A stretch of DNA of 64,000 nt, taken from the NCBI GenBank assembly GCA_964016885.1, contig OZ024744.1, positions 21,452,001-21,516,000 of the forward strand, written 5' to 3'. This DNA is from Eledone cirrhosa (lineage: Eukaryota). Below, in pieces: positions 37,601 to 52,600 of the stretch. The position numbers and the translations under genes are program-made. The notes under the pieces are model-generated. The model was not told the origin of the DNA. It saw nothing but the letters and a program-made list of their open reading frames with translations, and ran no database searches. Each line of letters starts with the position of its first letter. Within the stretch, counting starts at the first letter, position 1.

Positions 37601-40600
37601 TGACATCTTCAGACAGAAGAGGTGACAGACACAACAGCTATAACATCTTCAGACAGTTAGAAGAGGTGACAGGCACAACAGCTATGACATCTTCAGACAG
37701 TTAGAAGAGGTGACAGGCACAACAGCTATGACATCTTCAGACAGTTAGAAGAGGTGACATCCACAACAGCTATGACTTATTCAGACAGTTAAAAGAGGTG
37801 ACATCCACAAAAGCTATGACATCTTCAGACAGTTAAAAGAGGTGACAGGCACAACAGCTGTGACATCTTCAGACAGTTAGAAGAGGTGACAGGCACAACG
37901 GCTATGCCATCTGAAGAGAGTTAGAAGAGGTGACAGGCACAACAGCTATGATATCTTCAGAGAGAAGAGGTGACAGGCACAACAGCTATAACATCTTCAG
38001 ACAGTTAGAAGAGGTGACAGGCACAACAGCTATGACATCTTCAGACAGTGAGAGGAGGTGACAGCCACAACAGCTATGACATCTTCAGACTGTTAGAAGA
38101 GGTGACAGCCACAACAGCTATGAAATCTTCAGACAGAAGAGGTGACAGACACAACAGCTATGACATCTTCAAACAGAAGAGGTGACAGACACAACGGCTA
38201 AAACATCTTCAGACAGTTCGAAGAGGTGACAGGCACAACAGCTCTGACATCTTCAGACAGTTAGAAGTGGTGACAGGCACAACAGCTATGACATCTTCAG
38301 ACAGTTAGAAGAGGTGACAGCCACAACAGCTATGACATATTCAGACAAAAGAGGTGACAGGCACAACAGCTATGACATCTTCAGACAGTTAGAAGAGGTG
38401 ACAGGCACAACAGCTATGACATCTTCAGACAGTTAGAAGAGGTGACAGCCACAACAGCTATGACATCTTCAGACAGTTAAAAGAGGTGACAGGCACAACA
38501 GCTGTGACATCTTCAAACAGTGAGAAGAGGTGACAGCCACAACAGCTATGACATCTTTAGACAGTTAGAAGTGGTGACAGTATCAACAGCTATGACATCT
38601 TCAGACAGTTAGAAGAGGTGACAGGCACAACAGCTTTGACATCTTCATACAGTTAGATAAGGTAACAGCAACAACAGCTATGAGATCTTCAGACAGAAGT
38701 GGTGACAGCCACAACAGCTATGACATATTCAGACAGAAGAGGTGACAGGCACAACAGCTATGATATCTTTACACAGTTAGAAGAGGTGACAGCCACAACA
38801 GCTATGACATATTCAGACAGTTAGAAGAGGTGACAGCCACAACAGCTATGACATCTTCAGACAGTTAGAAGAGGTGACAGCCACAACAGCTATGACATCT
38901 TCAGAGAGAAGAGGTGACAGGCACAACAGCTATGAGATCTTCAGACAAAAGAGGTGACAGCCACAACAGCTATGACATCTTTACAGTTAGAAGAGGTGAC
39001 AGCCACAACAGCTATGACATATTCAGACAGTTAGAAGAGGTGACAGCCACAACACTATGACATCTTCAGACAGTGAGAAGAGGTGACAGCCACAACAGCT
39101 ATGACATCTTCAGACTGTTAGAAGAGGTGACAGCCACAACAGCTATGACATCTTCAAACAGAAGAGGTGACAGCCACAACAGCTATGACATCTTCAGAGA
39201 GAAGAGGTGACAGGCACAACAGCTATGACATCTTCAGACAGAAGAGGTGACAGACACAACAGCTATAACATCTTCAGACAGTTAGAAGAGGTGACAGGCA
39301 CAACAGCTATGGCATATTCAGACAGTTAGAAGAGGTGACAGGCACAACAGCTATGACATCTTCAGACAGTTAGAAGAGGTGACAGCCACAACAGCTATGA
39401 CTTATTCAGACAGTTAGAAGAGGTGACATCCACAACAGCTATGACATCTTCAGACAGTTAAAAGAGGTGACAGGCACAACAGCTGTGACATCTTCAGACA
39501 GTTAGAAGAGGTGACAGGCACAACAGCTATGACATGTTCAGAGAGAAGAGGTGATAGGCACAACAGATATGACATCTTCAGACAGTTAGAAGAGGTGACA
39601 GGCACAACGGCTATGCCATCTGAAGAGAGTTAGAAGAGGTGACAGGCACAACAGCTATGACATCTTCAGACAGAAGAGGTGACAGCCACAACAGCTATGA
39701 CATCTTCAGACAGTTAAAAGAGGTGACAGCAACAACAGCTATGACATCTTCAGACAGTTAGAAGAGGTGATATCCACAACAGCTATGACATCTTCAGACA
39801 GTTAAAGAGGTGACAGGCACAACAGCTGTGACATCTTCAGACAGTTAGAAGAGGTGACAGCCACAACAGCTATGACATCTTCAGACAGTTAGAAGAGGTG
39901 ACAGGCACAACAGCTATGACATGTTCAGAGAGAAGAGGTGATAGGCACAACAGATATGACATCTTCAGACAGTTAGAAGAGGTGACAGGCACAACAGCTA
40001 TGACATCTTCAGACAATGAGAAGAGGTGACAGCCACAACAGCTATGACATCTTCAGACTGTTAGAAGATGTGACAGCCACAACAGCTATGACATCTTCAG
40101 ACAGAAGAGGTAACAGCCACAACAGCTATGACATCTTCAGAGAGAAGAGGTGACAGGCACAACAGCTATGACATCTTCAGACAGAAGAGGTGACAGACAC
40201 AACAGCTATAACATCTTCAGACAGTTAGAAGAGGTGACAGGAACAACAGCTATGATATCTTCAGACAGTTAGAAGAGGTGACAGGCAGAACAGCTATGAC
40301 ATCTTCAGACAGTTAGAAGAGGTGACAGCAACAACAGCTATGACATCTTCAGACAGAAGAGGTGACAGCCACAACAGCTATGACATCTTCAGACAGTTAG
40401 AAGAGGTGACAGGCACAACAGCTATGACATCTTTAGACAGTTAGAAGAGCTGACAGCCACAACAGCTATGACATATTCAGACAGTTAGAAGAGGTGACAG
40501 GCACAACAGCTATGACATCTTCAGACAGTTAGAAGAGGTGACAGCCACAACAGCTATGACATCTTTAGACAGTTAGAAGAGGTGACAGGAACAACAGCTA

Positions 40601-43600
40601 TGACATCTTCAGACAGTTAGAAGAGGTGACAGGCACAACAGCTATGACATCTTCAGACAGTTAGAAGAGGTGACAGCAACAACAGCTATGACATCTTCAG
40701 ACAGTTAGAAGAGGTGACAGGCACAGCAGCTATGACATCTTTAGACATTTAGAAGAGGTGACAGCCACAACAGCTATGACATCTTCAGACAGTTAGAAGA
40801 GGTGACAGGCACAACAGCTATGATATCTTCAGAGAGAAGAGGTGATAGGCACAACAGCTAGGACATCTTCAGACAGTTAGAAGAGGTGACAGGCACAACA
40901 GCTATGACATCTTCAGACAGTTAGAAGAGGTGACAGGCACAACAGCTATGAGATCTTCAGACAAAAGAGGTGACAGCCACAACAGCTATGACATCTTTAC
41001 AGTTAGAAGAGGTGACAGCCACAACAGCTATGACATATTCAGACAGTTAGAAGAGGTGACAGCCACAACAGCTATGACATCTTCAGACTGTTAGAATAGG
41101 TGACAGCCACAACAGCTATGACATCTTCAGACAGAAGAGGTGACAGCCACAACAGCTATGACATCTTCAGAGAGAAGAGGTGACAGGCACAACAGCTATG
41201 ACATCTTCAGACAGAAGAGGTGACAGACACAACAGCTATAACATCTTCAGACAGTTAGAAGAGGTGACAGGCACAACAGCTATGACATCTTCAGACAGAA
41301 GAGGTGACAGACACAACAGCTATAACATCTTCAGACAGTTAGAAGAGGTGACAGGCACAACAGCTATGACATCTTCAGACAGAAGAGGTGACAGCCACAA
41401 CAGCTATAACATCTTCAGACAGTTAAAAGAGGTGACAGCAACAACAGCTATGACATCTTCAGACAGTTAGAAGAGGTGACATCCACAACAGCTATGACAT
41501 CTTCAGACAGTTAAAGAGGTGACAGGCACAACAGCTGTGACATCTTCAGACAGTTAGAAGAGGTGACAGCCACAACAGCTATGACATCTTCAGACAGTTA
41601 GAAGAGGTGACAGGCACAACAGCTATGACATGTTCAGAGAGAAGAGGTGATAGGCACAACAGATATGACATCTTCAGACAGTTAGAAGAGGTGACAGGCA
41701 CAACAGCTATGACATCTTCAGACAATGAAAAGAGGTGACAGCCACAACAGCTATGACATCTTCAGACTGTTAGAAGATGTGACAGCCACAACAGCTATGA
41801 CATCTTCAGACAGAAGAGGTAACAGCCACAACAGCTATGACATCTTCAGAGAGAAGAGGTGACAGGCACAACAGCTATGACATCTTCAGACAGAAGAGGT
41901 GACAGACACAACAGCTATAACATCTTCAGACAGTTAGAAGAGGTGACAGGAACAACAGCTATGATATCTTCAGACAGTTAGAAGAGGTGACAGGCACAAC
42001 AGCTATGACATCTTCAGACAGTTAGAAGAGGTGACAGCAACAACAGCTATGACATCTTCAGACAGAAGAGGTGACAGCCACAACAGCTATGACATCTTCA
42101 GACAGTTAGAAGAGGTGACAGGCACAACAGCTATGACATCTTTAGACAGTTAGAAGAGGTGACAGCCACAACAGCTATGACATATTCAGACAGTTAGAAG
42201 AGGTGACAGGCACAACAGCTATGACATCTTCAGACAGTTAGAAGAGGTGACAGCCACAACAGCTATGACATATTTAGACAGTTAGAAGAGGTGACAGGAA
42301 CAACAGCTATGACATCTTCAGACAGTTAGAAGAGGTGACAGGCACAACAGCTATGACATCTTCAGACAGTTAGAAGAGGTGACAGCAACAACAGCTATGA
42401 CATCTTCAGACAGTTAGAACAGGTGACAGGCACAGCAGCTATGACATCTTTAGACATTTAGAAGAGGTGACAGCCACAACAGCTATGACATCTTCAGACA
42501 GTTAGAAGAGGTGACAGGCACAACAGCTATGATATCTTCAGAGAGAAGAGGTGACAGGCACAACAGCTATGACATCTTCAGACAGTTACAAGAGGTGACA
42601 GGCACAACAGCTATGACATCTTCAGACAGTGAGAGGAGGTGACAGCCACAACAGCTATGACATCTTCAGACTGTTAGAAGAGGTGACAGCCACAACAGCT
42701 ATGAAATCTTCAGACAGAAGTGGTGACAGCCACAACAGCTATGACATCTTCAGAGAGAAGAGGTGACAGACACAACAGCTATGACATCTTCAAACAGAAG
42801 AGATGACAGACACAACGGCTAAAACATCTTCAGACAGTTCGAAGAGGTGACAGGCACAACAGCTCTGACATCTTCAGACAGTTAGAAGTGGTGACAGGCA
42901 CAACAGCTATGACATCTTCAGACAGAAGAGGTGACAGCCACAACAGCTATGACATCTTCAGACAGTTAGAAGAGGTGACAGGCACAACAGCTATGACATC
43001 TTCAGACAGTTAGAAGAGGTGACAGCCACAACAGCTATGACATCTTCAGACAGTTAAAAGAGGTGACAGGCACAACAGCTGTGACATCTTCAGACAGTGA
43101 GAAGAGGTGACAGCCACAACAGCTATGACATCTTTAGACAGTTAGAAGTTGTGACAGTATCAACAGCTATGACATCTTCAGACAGTTAGAAGAGGTGACA
43201 GGCACAACAGCTTTGACATCTTCATACAGTTAGAAGAGGTAACAGCAACAACAGCTATGAGATCTTCAGACAGAAGAGGTGACAGACACAACAGCTATGA
43301 CATCTTCAGACAGAAGAGGTGACAGCCACAACAGCTATGACATCTTCAGAGAGAAGAGGTGACAGGCACAACAGCTATGACATCTTCAGACAGAAGAGGT
43401 GACAGACACAACAGCTATAACATCTTCAGACAGTTAGAAGAGGTGACAGGCACAACAGCTATGGCATATTCAGACAGTTAGAAGAGGTGACAGGCACAAC
43501 AGCTATGACATCTTCAGACAGTTAGAAGAGGTGACAGCCACAACAGCTATGACTTATTCAGACAGTTAGAAGAGGTGACATCCACAACAGCTATGACATC

Positions 43601-46600
43601 TTCAGACAGTTAAAAGAGGTGACAGGCACAACAGCTGTGACATCTTCAGACAGTTAGAAGAGGTGACAGGCACAACAGCTATGACATGTTCAGAGAGAAG
43701 AGGTGATAGGCACAACAGATATGACATCTTCAGACAGTTAGAAGAGGTGACAGGCACAACGGCTATGCCATCTGAAGAGAGTTAGAAGAGGTGACAGGCA
43801 CAACAGCTATGACATCTTCAGACAGAAGAGGTGACAGCCACAACAGCTATGACATCTTCAGACAGTTAAAAGAGGTGACAGCAAAAACAGCTATGACATC
43901 TTCAGACAGTTAGAAGAGGTGACATCCACAACAGCTATGACATCTTCAGACAGTTAAAGAGGTGACAGGCACAACAGCTGTGACATCTTCAGACAGTTAG
44001 AAGAGGTGACAGCCACAACAGCAATGACATCTTCAGACAGTTAGAAGAGGTGACAGGCACAACAGCTATGACATGTTCAGAGAGAAGAGGTGATAGGCAC
44101 AACAGATATGACATCTTCAGACAGTTAGAAGAGGTGACAGGCACAACAGCTATGACATCTTCAGACAATGAGAAGAGGTGACAGCCACAACAGCTATGAC
44201 ATCTTCAGACTGTTAGAAGATGTGACAGCCACAACAGCTATGACATCTTCAGACAGAAGAGGTAACAGCCACAACAGCTATGACATCTTCAGAGAGAAGA
44301 GGTGACAGGCACAACAGCTATGACATCTTCAGACAGAAGAGGTGACAGACACAACAGCTATAACATCTTCAGACAGTTAGAAGAGGTGACAGGAACAACA
44401 GCTATGATATCTTCAGACAGTTAGAAGAGGTGACAGGCAGAACAGCTATGACATCTTCAGACAGTTAGAAGAGATGACAGCAACAACAGCTATGACATCT
44501 TCAGACAGAAGAGGTGACAGCCACAACAGCTATGACATCTTCAGAAAGTTAGAAGAGGTGACAGTCACAACAGCTATGACATCTTTAGACAGTTAGAAGA
44601 GGTGACAGCCACAACAGCTATGACATATTCAGACAGTTAGAAGAGGTGACAGGCACAACAGCTATGACATCTTCAGACAGTTAGAAGAGGTGACAGCCAC
44701 AACAGCTATGACATCTTTAGACAGTTAGAAGAGGTGACAGGAACAACAGCTATGACATCTTCAGACAGTTAGAAGAGGTGACAGGCACAACAGCTATGAC
44801 ATCTTCAGACAGTTAGAAGAGGTGACAGCAACAACAGCTATGACATCTTCAGACAGTTAGAAGAGGTGACAGGCACAGCAGCTATGACATCTTTAGACAT
44901 TTAGAAGAGGTGACAGCCACAACAGCTATGACATCTTCAGACAGTTAGAAGAGGTGACAGGCACAACAGCTATGATATCTTCAGAGAGAAGAGGTGATAG
45001 GCACAACAGCTATGACATCTTCAGACAGTTAGAAGAGGTGACAGGCACAACAGCTATGACATCTTCAGACAGTTAGAAGAGGTGACAGGCACAACAGCTA
45101 TGAGATCTTCAGACAAAAGAGGTGACAGCCACAACAGCTATGACATCTTTACAGTTAGAAGAGGTGACAGCCACAACAGCTATGACATATTCAGACAGTT
45201 AGAAGAGGTGACAGCCACAACAGCTATGACATCTTCAGACTGTTAGAAGAGGTGACAGCCACAACAGCTATGACATCTTCAGACAGAAGAGGTGACAGAC
45301 ACAACAGCTATAACATCTTCAGACAGTTAGAAGAGGTGACAGGCACAACAGCTATGACATCTTCAGACAGAAGAGGTGACAGACACAACAGCTATAACAT
45401 CTTCAGACAGTTAGAAGAGGTGACAGGCACAACAGCTATGGCATCTTCAGACAGTTAGAAGAGGTGACAGGCACAACAGCTATGACATCTTCAGACAGTT
45501 AGAAGAGGTGACAGCCACAACAGCTATGACTTATTCAGACAGTTAGAAGAGGTGACATCCACAACAGCTATGACATCTTCAGACAGTTAAAAGAGGTGAC
45601 AGGCACAACAGCTGTGACATCTTCAGACAGTTAGAAGAGGTGACAGGCACAACAGCTATGACATGTTCAGAGAGAAGAGGTGATAGGCACAACAGATATG
45701 ACATCTTCAGACAGTTAGAAGAGGTGACAGGCACAACGGCTATGCCATCTGAAGAGAGTTAGAAGAGGTGACAGGCACAACAGCTATGACATCTTCAGAC
45801 AGAAGAGGTGACAGCCACAACAGCTATGACATCTTCAGACAGTTAAAAGAGGTGACAGCAACAACAGCTATGACATCTTCAGACAGTTAGAAGAGGTGAC
45901 ATCCACAACAGCTATGACATCTTCAGACAGTTAAAGAGGTGACAGGCACAACAGCTGTGACATCTTCAGACAGTTAGAAGAGGTGACAGCCACAACAGCT
46001 ATGACATCTTCAGACAGTTAGAAGAGGTGACAGGCACAACAGCTATGACATGTTCAGAGAGAAGAGGTGATAGGCACAACAGATATGATATCTTCAGACA
46101 GTTAGAAGAGGTGACAGGCACAACAGCTATGACATCTTCAGACAATGAGAAGAGGTGACAGCCACAACAGCTATGACATCTTCAGACTGTTAGAAGATGT
46201 GACAGCCACAACAGCTATGACATCTTCAGACAGAAGAGGTAACAGCCACAACAGCTATGACATCTTCAGAGAGAAGAGGTGACAGGCACAACAGCTATGA
46301 CATCTTCAGACAGAAGAGGTGACAGACACAACAGCTATAACATCTTCAGACAGTTAGAAGAGGTGACAGGAACAACAGCTATGATATCTTCAGACAGTTA
46401 GAAGAGGTGACAGGCACAACAGCTATGACATCTTCAGACAGTTAGAAGAGGTGACAGCAACAACAGCTATGACATCTTCAGACAGAAGAGGTGACAGCCA
46501 CAACAGCTATGACATCTTCAGACAGTTAGAAGAGGTGACAGGCACAACAGCTATGACATCTTTAGACAGTTAGAAGAGGTGACAGCCACAACAGCTATGA

Positions 46601-49600
46601 CATATTCAGACAGTTAGAAGAGGTGACAGGCACAACAGCTATGACATCTTCAGACAGTTAGAAGAGGTGACAGCCACAACAGCTATGACATCTTTAGACA
46701 GTTAGAAGAGGTGACAGGAACAACAGCTATGACATCTTCAGACAGTTAGAAGAGGTGACAGGCACAACAGCTATGACATCTTCAGACAGTTAGAAGAGGT
46801 GACAGCAACAACAGCTATGACATCTTCAGACAGTTAGAACAGGTGACAGGCACAGCAGCTATGACATCTTTAGACATTTAGAAGAGGTGACAGCCACAAC
46901 AGCTATGACATCTTCAGACAGTTAGAAGAGGTGACAGGCACAACAGCTATGATATCTTCAGAGAGAAGAGGTGACAGGCACAACAGCTATGACATCTTCA
47001 GACAGTTAGAAGAGGTGACAGGCACAACAGCTATGACATCTTCAGACAGTGAGAGGAGGTGACAGCCACAACAGCTATGACATCTTCAGACTGTTAGAAG
47101 AGGTGACAGCCACAACAGCTATGAAATCTTCAGACAGAAGTGGTGACAGCCACAACAGCTATGACATCTTCAGAGAGAAGAGGTGACAGACACAACAGCT
47201 ATGACATCTTCAAACAGAAGAGATGACAGACACAACGGCTAAAACATCTTCAGACAGTTCGAAGAGGTGACAGGCACAACAGCTCTGACATCTTCAGACA
47301 GTTAGAAGTGGTGACAGGCACAACAGCTATGACATCTTCAGACAGAAGAGGTGACAGCCACAACAGCTATGACATCTTCAGACAGTTAGAAGAGGTGACA
47401 GGCACAACAGCTATGACATCTTCAGACAGTTAGAAGAGGTGACAGCCACAACAGCTATGACATCTTCAGACAGTTAAAAGAGGTGACAGGCACAACAGCT
47501 GTGACATCTTCAGACAGTGAGAAGAGGTGACAGCCACAACAGCTATGACATCTTTAGACAGTTAGAAGTTGTGACAGTATCAACAGCTATGACATCTTCA
47601 GACAGTTAGAAGAGGTGACAGGCACAACAGCTTTGACATCTTCATACAGTTAGAAGAGGTAACAGCAACAACAGCTATGAGATCTTCAGACAGAAGAGGT
47701 GACAGACACAACAGCTATGACATCTTCAGACAGAAGAGGTGACAGGCCCAACAGCTATGAGATCTTCAGACAGAAGAGGTGACAGCCACAACAGCTATGA
47801 CATATTCAGACAGAAGAGGTGACAGGCACAACAGCTATGATATCTTTACACAGTTAGAAGAGGTGACAGCCACAACAGCTATGACATATTCAGACAGTTA
47901 GAAGAGGTGACAGCCACAACAGCTATGACATCTTCAGACAGTTAGAAGAGGTGACAGCCACAACAGCTATGACATCTTCAGACAGTTATAAGATGTGACA
48001 GCCACAACAGCTATGACATCTTCAGAGAGAAGAGGTGACAGGCACAACAGCTATGACATCTTCAGACAGTTAGAAGAGGTGACAGGCACAACAGCTATGA
48101 GATCTTCAGACAAAAGAGGTGACAGCCACAACAGCTATGACATCTTTACAGTTAGAAGAGGTGACAGCCACAACAGCTATGACATATTCAGAGAGAAGAG
48201 GTGATAGGCACAACAGATATGACATCTTCAGACAGTTAGAAGAGGTGACAGGCACAACGGCTATGCCATCTGAAGAGAGTTAGAAGAGGTGACAGGCACA
48301 ACAGCTATGACATCTTCAGACAGAAGAGGTGACAGCCACAACAGCTATGACATCTTCAGACAGTTAAAAGAGGTGACAGCAACAACAGCTATGACATCTT
48401 CAGACAGTTAGAAGAGGTGACATCCACAACAGCTATGACATCTTCAGACAGTTAAAGAGGTGACAGGCACAACAGCTGTGACATCTTCAGACAGTTAGAA
48501 GAGGTGACAGCCACAACAGCTATGACATCTTCAGACAGTTAGAAGAGGTGACAGGCACAACAGCTATGACATGTTCAGAGAGAAGAGGTGATAGGCACAA
48601 CAGATATGACATCTTCAGACAGTTAGAAGAGGTGACAGGCACAACAGCTATGACATCTTCAGACAATGAGAAGAGGTGACAGCCACAACAGCTATGACAT
48701 CTTCAGACTGTTAGAAGATGTGACAGCCACAACAGCTATGACATCTTCAGACAGAAGAGGTAACAGCCACAACAGCTATGACATCTTCAGAGAGAAGAGG
48801 TGACAGGCACAACAGCTATGACATCTTCAGACAGAAGAGGTGACAGACACAACAGCTATAACATCTTCAGACAGTTAGAAGAGGTGACAGGAACAACAGC
48901 TATGATATCTTCAGACAGTTAGAAGAGGTGACAGGCACAACAGCTATGACATCTTCAGACAGTTAGAAGAGGTGACAGCAACAACAGCTATGACATCTTC
49001 AGACAGAAGAGGTGACAGCCACAACAGCTATGACATCTTCAGACAGTTAGAAGAGGTGACAGGCACAACAGCTATGACATCTTTAGACAGTTAGAAGAGG
49101 TGACAGCCACAACAGCTATGACATATTCAGACAGTTAGAAGAGGTGACAGGCACAACAGCTATGACATCTTCAGACAGTTAGAAGAGGTGACAGCCACAA
49201 CAGCTATGACATCTTTAGACAGTTAGAAGAGGTGACAGGAACAACAGCTATGACATCTTCAGACAGTTAGAAGAGGTGACAGGCACAACAGCTATGACAT
49301 CTTCAGACAGTTAGAAGAGGTGACAGCAACAACAGCTATGACATCTTCAGACAGTTAGAACAGGTGACAGGCACAGCAGCTATGACATCTTTAGACATTT
49401 AGAAGAGGTGACAGCCACAACAGCTATGACATCTTCAGACAGTTAGAAGAGGTGACAGGCACAACAGCTATGATATCTTCAGAGAGAAGAGGTGACAGGC
49501 ACAACAGCTATGACATCTTCAGACAGTTAGAAGAGGTGACAGGCACAACAGCTATGACATCTTCAGACAGTGAGAGGAGGTGACAGCCACAACAGCTATG

Positions 49601-52600
49601 ACATCTTCAGACTGTTAGAAGAGGTGACAGCCACAACAGCTATGAAATCTTCAGACAGAAGTGGTGACAGCCACAACAGCTATGACATCTTCAGAGAGAA
49701 GAGGTGACAGACACAACAGCTATGACATCTTCAAACAGAAGAGATGACAGACACAACGGCTAAAACATCTTCAGACAGTTCGAAGAGGTGACAGGCACAA
49801 CAGCTCTGACATCTTCAGACAGTTAGAAGTGGTGACAGGCACAACAGCTATGACATCTTCAGACAGAAGAGGTGACAGCCACAACAGCTATGACATCTTC
49901 AGACAGTTAGAAGAGGTGACAGGCACAACAGCTATGACATCTTCAGACAGTTAGAAGAGGTGACAGCCACAACAGCTATGACATCTTCAGACAGTTAAAA
50001 GAGGTGACAGGCACAACAGCTGTGACATCTTCAGACAGTGAGAAGAGGTGACAGCCACAACAGCTATGACATCTTTAGACAGTTAGAAGTTGTGACAGTA
50101 TCAACAGCTATGACATCTTCAGACAGTTAGAAGAGGTGACAGGCACAACAGCTTTGACATCTTCATACAGTTAGAAGAGGTAACAGCAACAACAGCTATG
50201 AGATCTTCAGACAGAAGAGGTGACAGACACAACAGCTATGACATCTTCAGACAGAAGAGGTGACAGGCCCAACAGCTATGAGATCTTCAGACAGAAGAGG
50301 TGACAGCCACAACAGCTATGACATATTCAGACAGAAGAGGTGACAGGCACAACAGCTATGATATCTTTACACAGTTAGAAGAGGTGACAGCCACAACAGC
50401 TATGACATATTCAGACAGTTAGAAGAGGTGACAGCCACAACAGCTATGACATCTTCAGACAGTTAGAAGAGGTGACAGCCACAACAGCTATGACATCTTC
50501 AGACAGTTATAAGATGTGACAGCCACAACAGCTATGACATCTTCAGAGAGAAGAGGTGACAGGCACAACAGCTATGACATCTTCAGACAGTTAGAAGAGG
50601 TGACAGGCACAACAGCTATGAGATCTTCAGACAAAAGAGGTGACAGCCACAACAGCTATGACATCTTTACAGTTAGAAGAGGTGACAGCCACAACAGCTA
50701 TGACATATTCAGACAGTTAGAAGAGGTGACAGCCACAACAGCTATGACATCTTCAGACTGTTAGAAGAGGTGACAGCCACAACAGCTATGACATCTTCAG
50801 ACAGAAGAGGTGACAGCCACAACAGCTATGACATCTTCAGAGAGAAGAGGTGACAGGCACAACAGCTATGACATCTTCAGACAGAAGAGGTGACAGACAC
50901 AACAGCTATAACGTCTTCAGACAGTTAGAAGAGGTGACAGGCACAACAGCTATGACATCTTCAAACAGTTAGAAGAGGTGACAGCCACAACAGCTATGAC
51001 TTATTCAGACAGTTAGAAGAGGTGACATCCACAACAGCTATGACATCTTCAGACAGTTAAAAGAGGTGACAGGCACAACAGCTGTGACATCTTCAGACAG
51101 TTAGAAGAGGTGACAGGCACAACAGCTATGACATGTTCAGAGAGAAGAGGTGATAGGCACAACAGATATGACATCTTCAGACAGTTAGAAGAGGTGACAG
51201 GCACAACGGCTATGCCATCTGAAGAGAGTTAGAAGAGGTGACAGGCACAACAGCTATGACATCTTCAGACAGAAGAGGTGACAGCCACAACAGCTATGAC
51301 ATCTTCAGACAGTTAGAAGAGGTGACAGCAACAACAGCTATGACATCTTCAGACAGTTAGAAGAGGTGACATCCACAACAGCTATGACATCTTCAGACAG
51401 TTAAAGAGGTGACAGGCACAACAGCTGTGACATCTTCAGACAGTTAGAAGAGGTGACAGCCACAACAGCTATGACATCTTCAGACAGTTAGAAGAGGTGA
51501 CAGGCACAACAGCTATGACATGTTCAGAGAGAAGAGGTGATAGGCACAACAGATATGACATCTTCAGACAGTTAGAAGAGGTGACAGGCACAACAGCTAT
51601 GACATCTTCAGACAATGAGAAGAGGTGACAGCCACAACAGCTATGACATCTTCAGACTGTTAGAAGATGTGACAGCCACAACAGCTATGACATCTTCAGA
51701 CAGAAGAGGTAACAGCCACAACAGCTATGACATCTTCAGAGAGAAGAGGTGACAGGCACAACAGCTATGACATCTTCAGACAGAAGAGGTGACAGACACA
51801 ACAGCTATAACATCTTCAGACAGTTAGAAGAGGTGACAGGAACAACAGCTATGATATCTTCAGACAGTTAGAAGAGGTGACAGGCACAACAGCTATGACA
51901 TCTTCAGACAGTTAGAAGAGGTGACAGGCACAACAGCTATGACATCTTCAGACAGTTAGAAGAGGTGACAGCAACAACAGCTATGACATCTTCAGACAGA
52001 AGAGGTGACAGCCACAACAGCTATGACATCTTCAGACAGTTAGAAGAGGTGACAGCCACAACAGCTATGACATCTTCAGACTGTTAGAAGAGGTGACAGC
52101 CACAACATCTATGACATCTTCAGACAGAAGAGGTGACAGCCACAACAGCTATGACATCTTCAGAGAGAAGAGGTGACAGGCACAACAGCTATGACATCTT
52201 CAGACAGAAGAGGTGACATACACAACAGCAATAACATCTTCAGACAGTTAGAAGAGGTGACAGGCACAACAGCTATGACATCTTCAGACAGTTAGAAGAG
52301 GTGACAGCCACAACAGCTATGACTTATTCAGACAGTTAGAAGTGGTGACATCCACAACAGCTATGACATCTTCAGACAGTTAAAAGAGGTGACAGGCACA
52401 ACAGCTGTGACATCTTCAGACAGTTAGAAGAGGTGACAGGCACAACAGCTATGACATGTTCAGAGAGAAGAGGTGATAGACACAACAGATATGACATCTT
52501 CAGACAGTTAGAAGAGGTGACAGGCACAACGGCTATGCCATCTGAAGAGAGTTAGAAGAGGTGACAGGCACAACAGCTATGACATCTTCAGACAGAAGAG

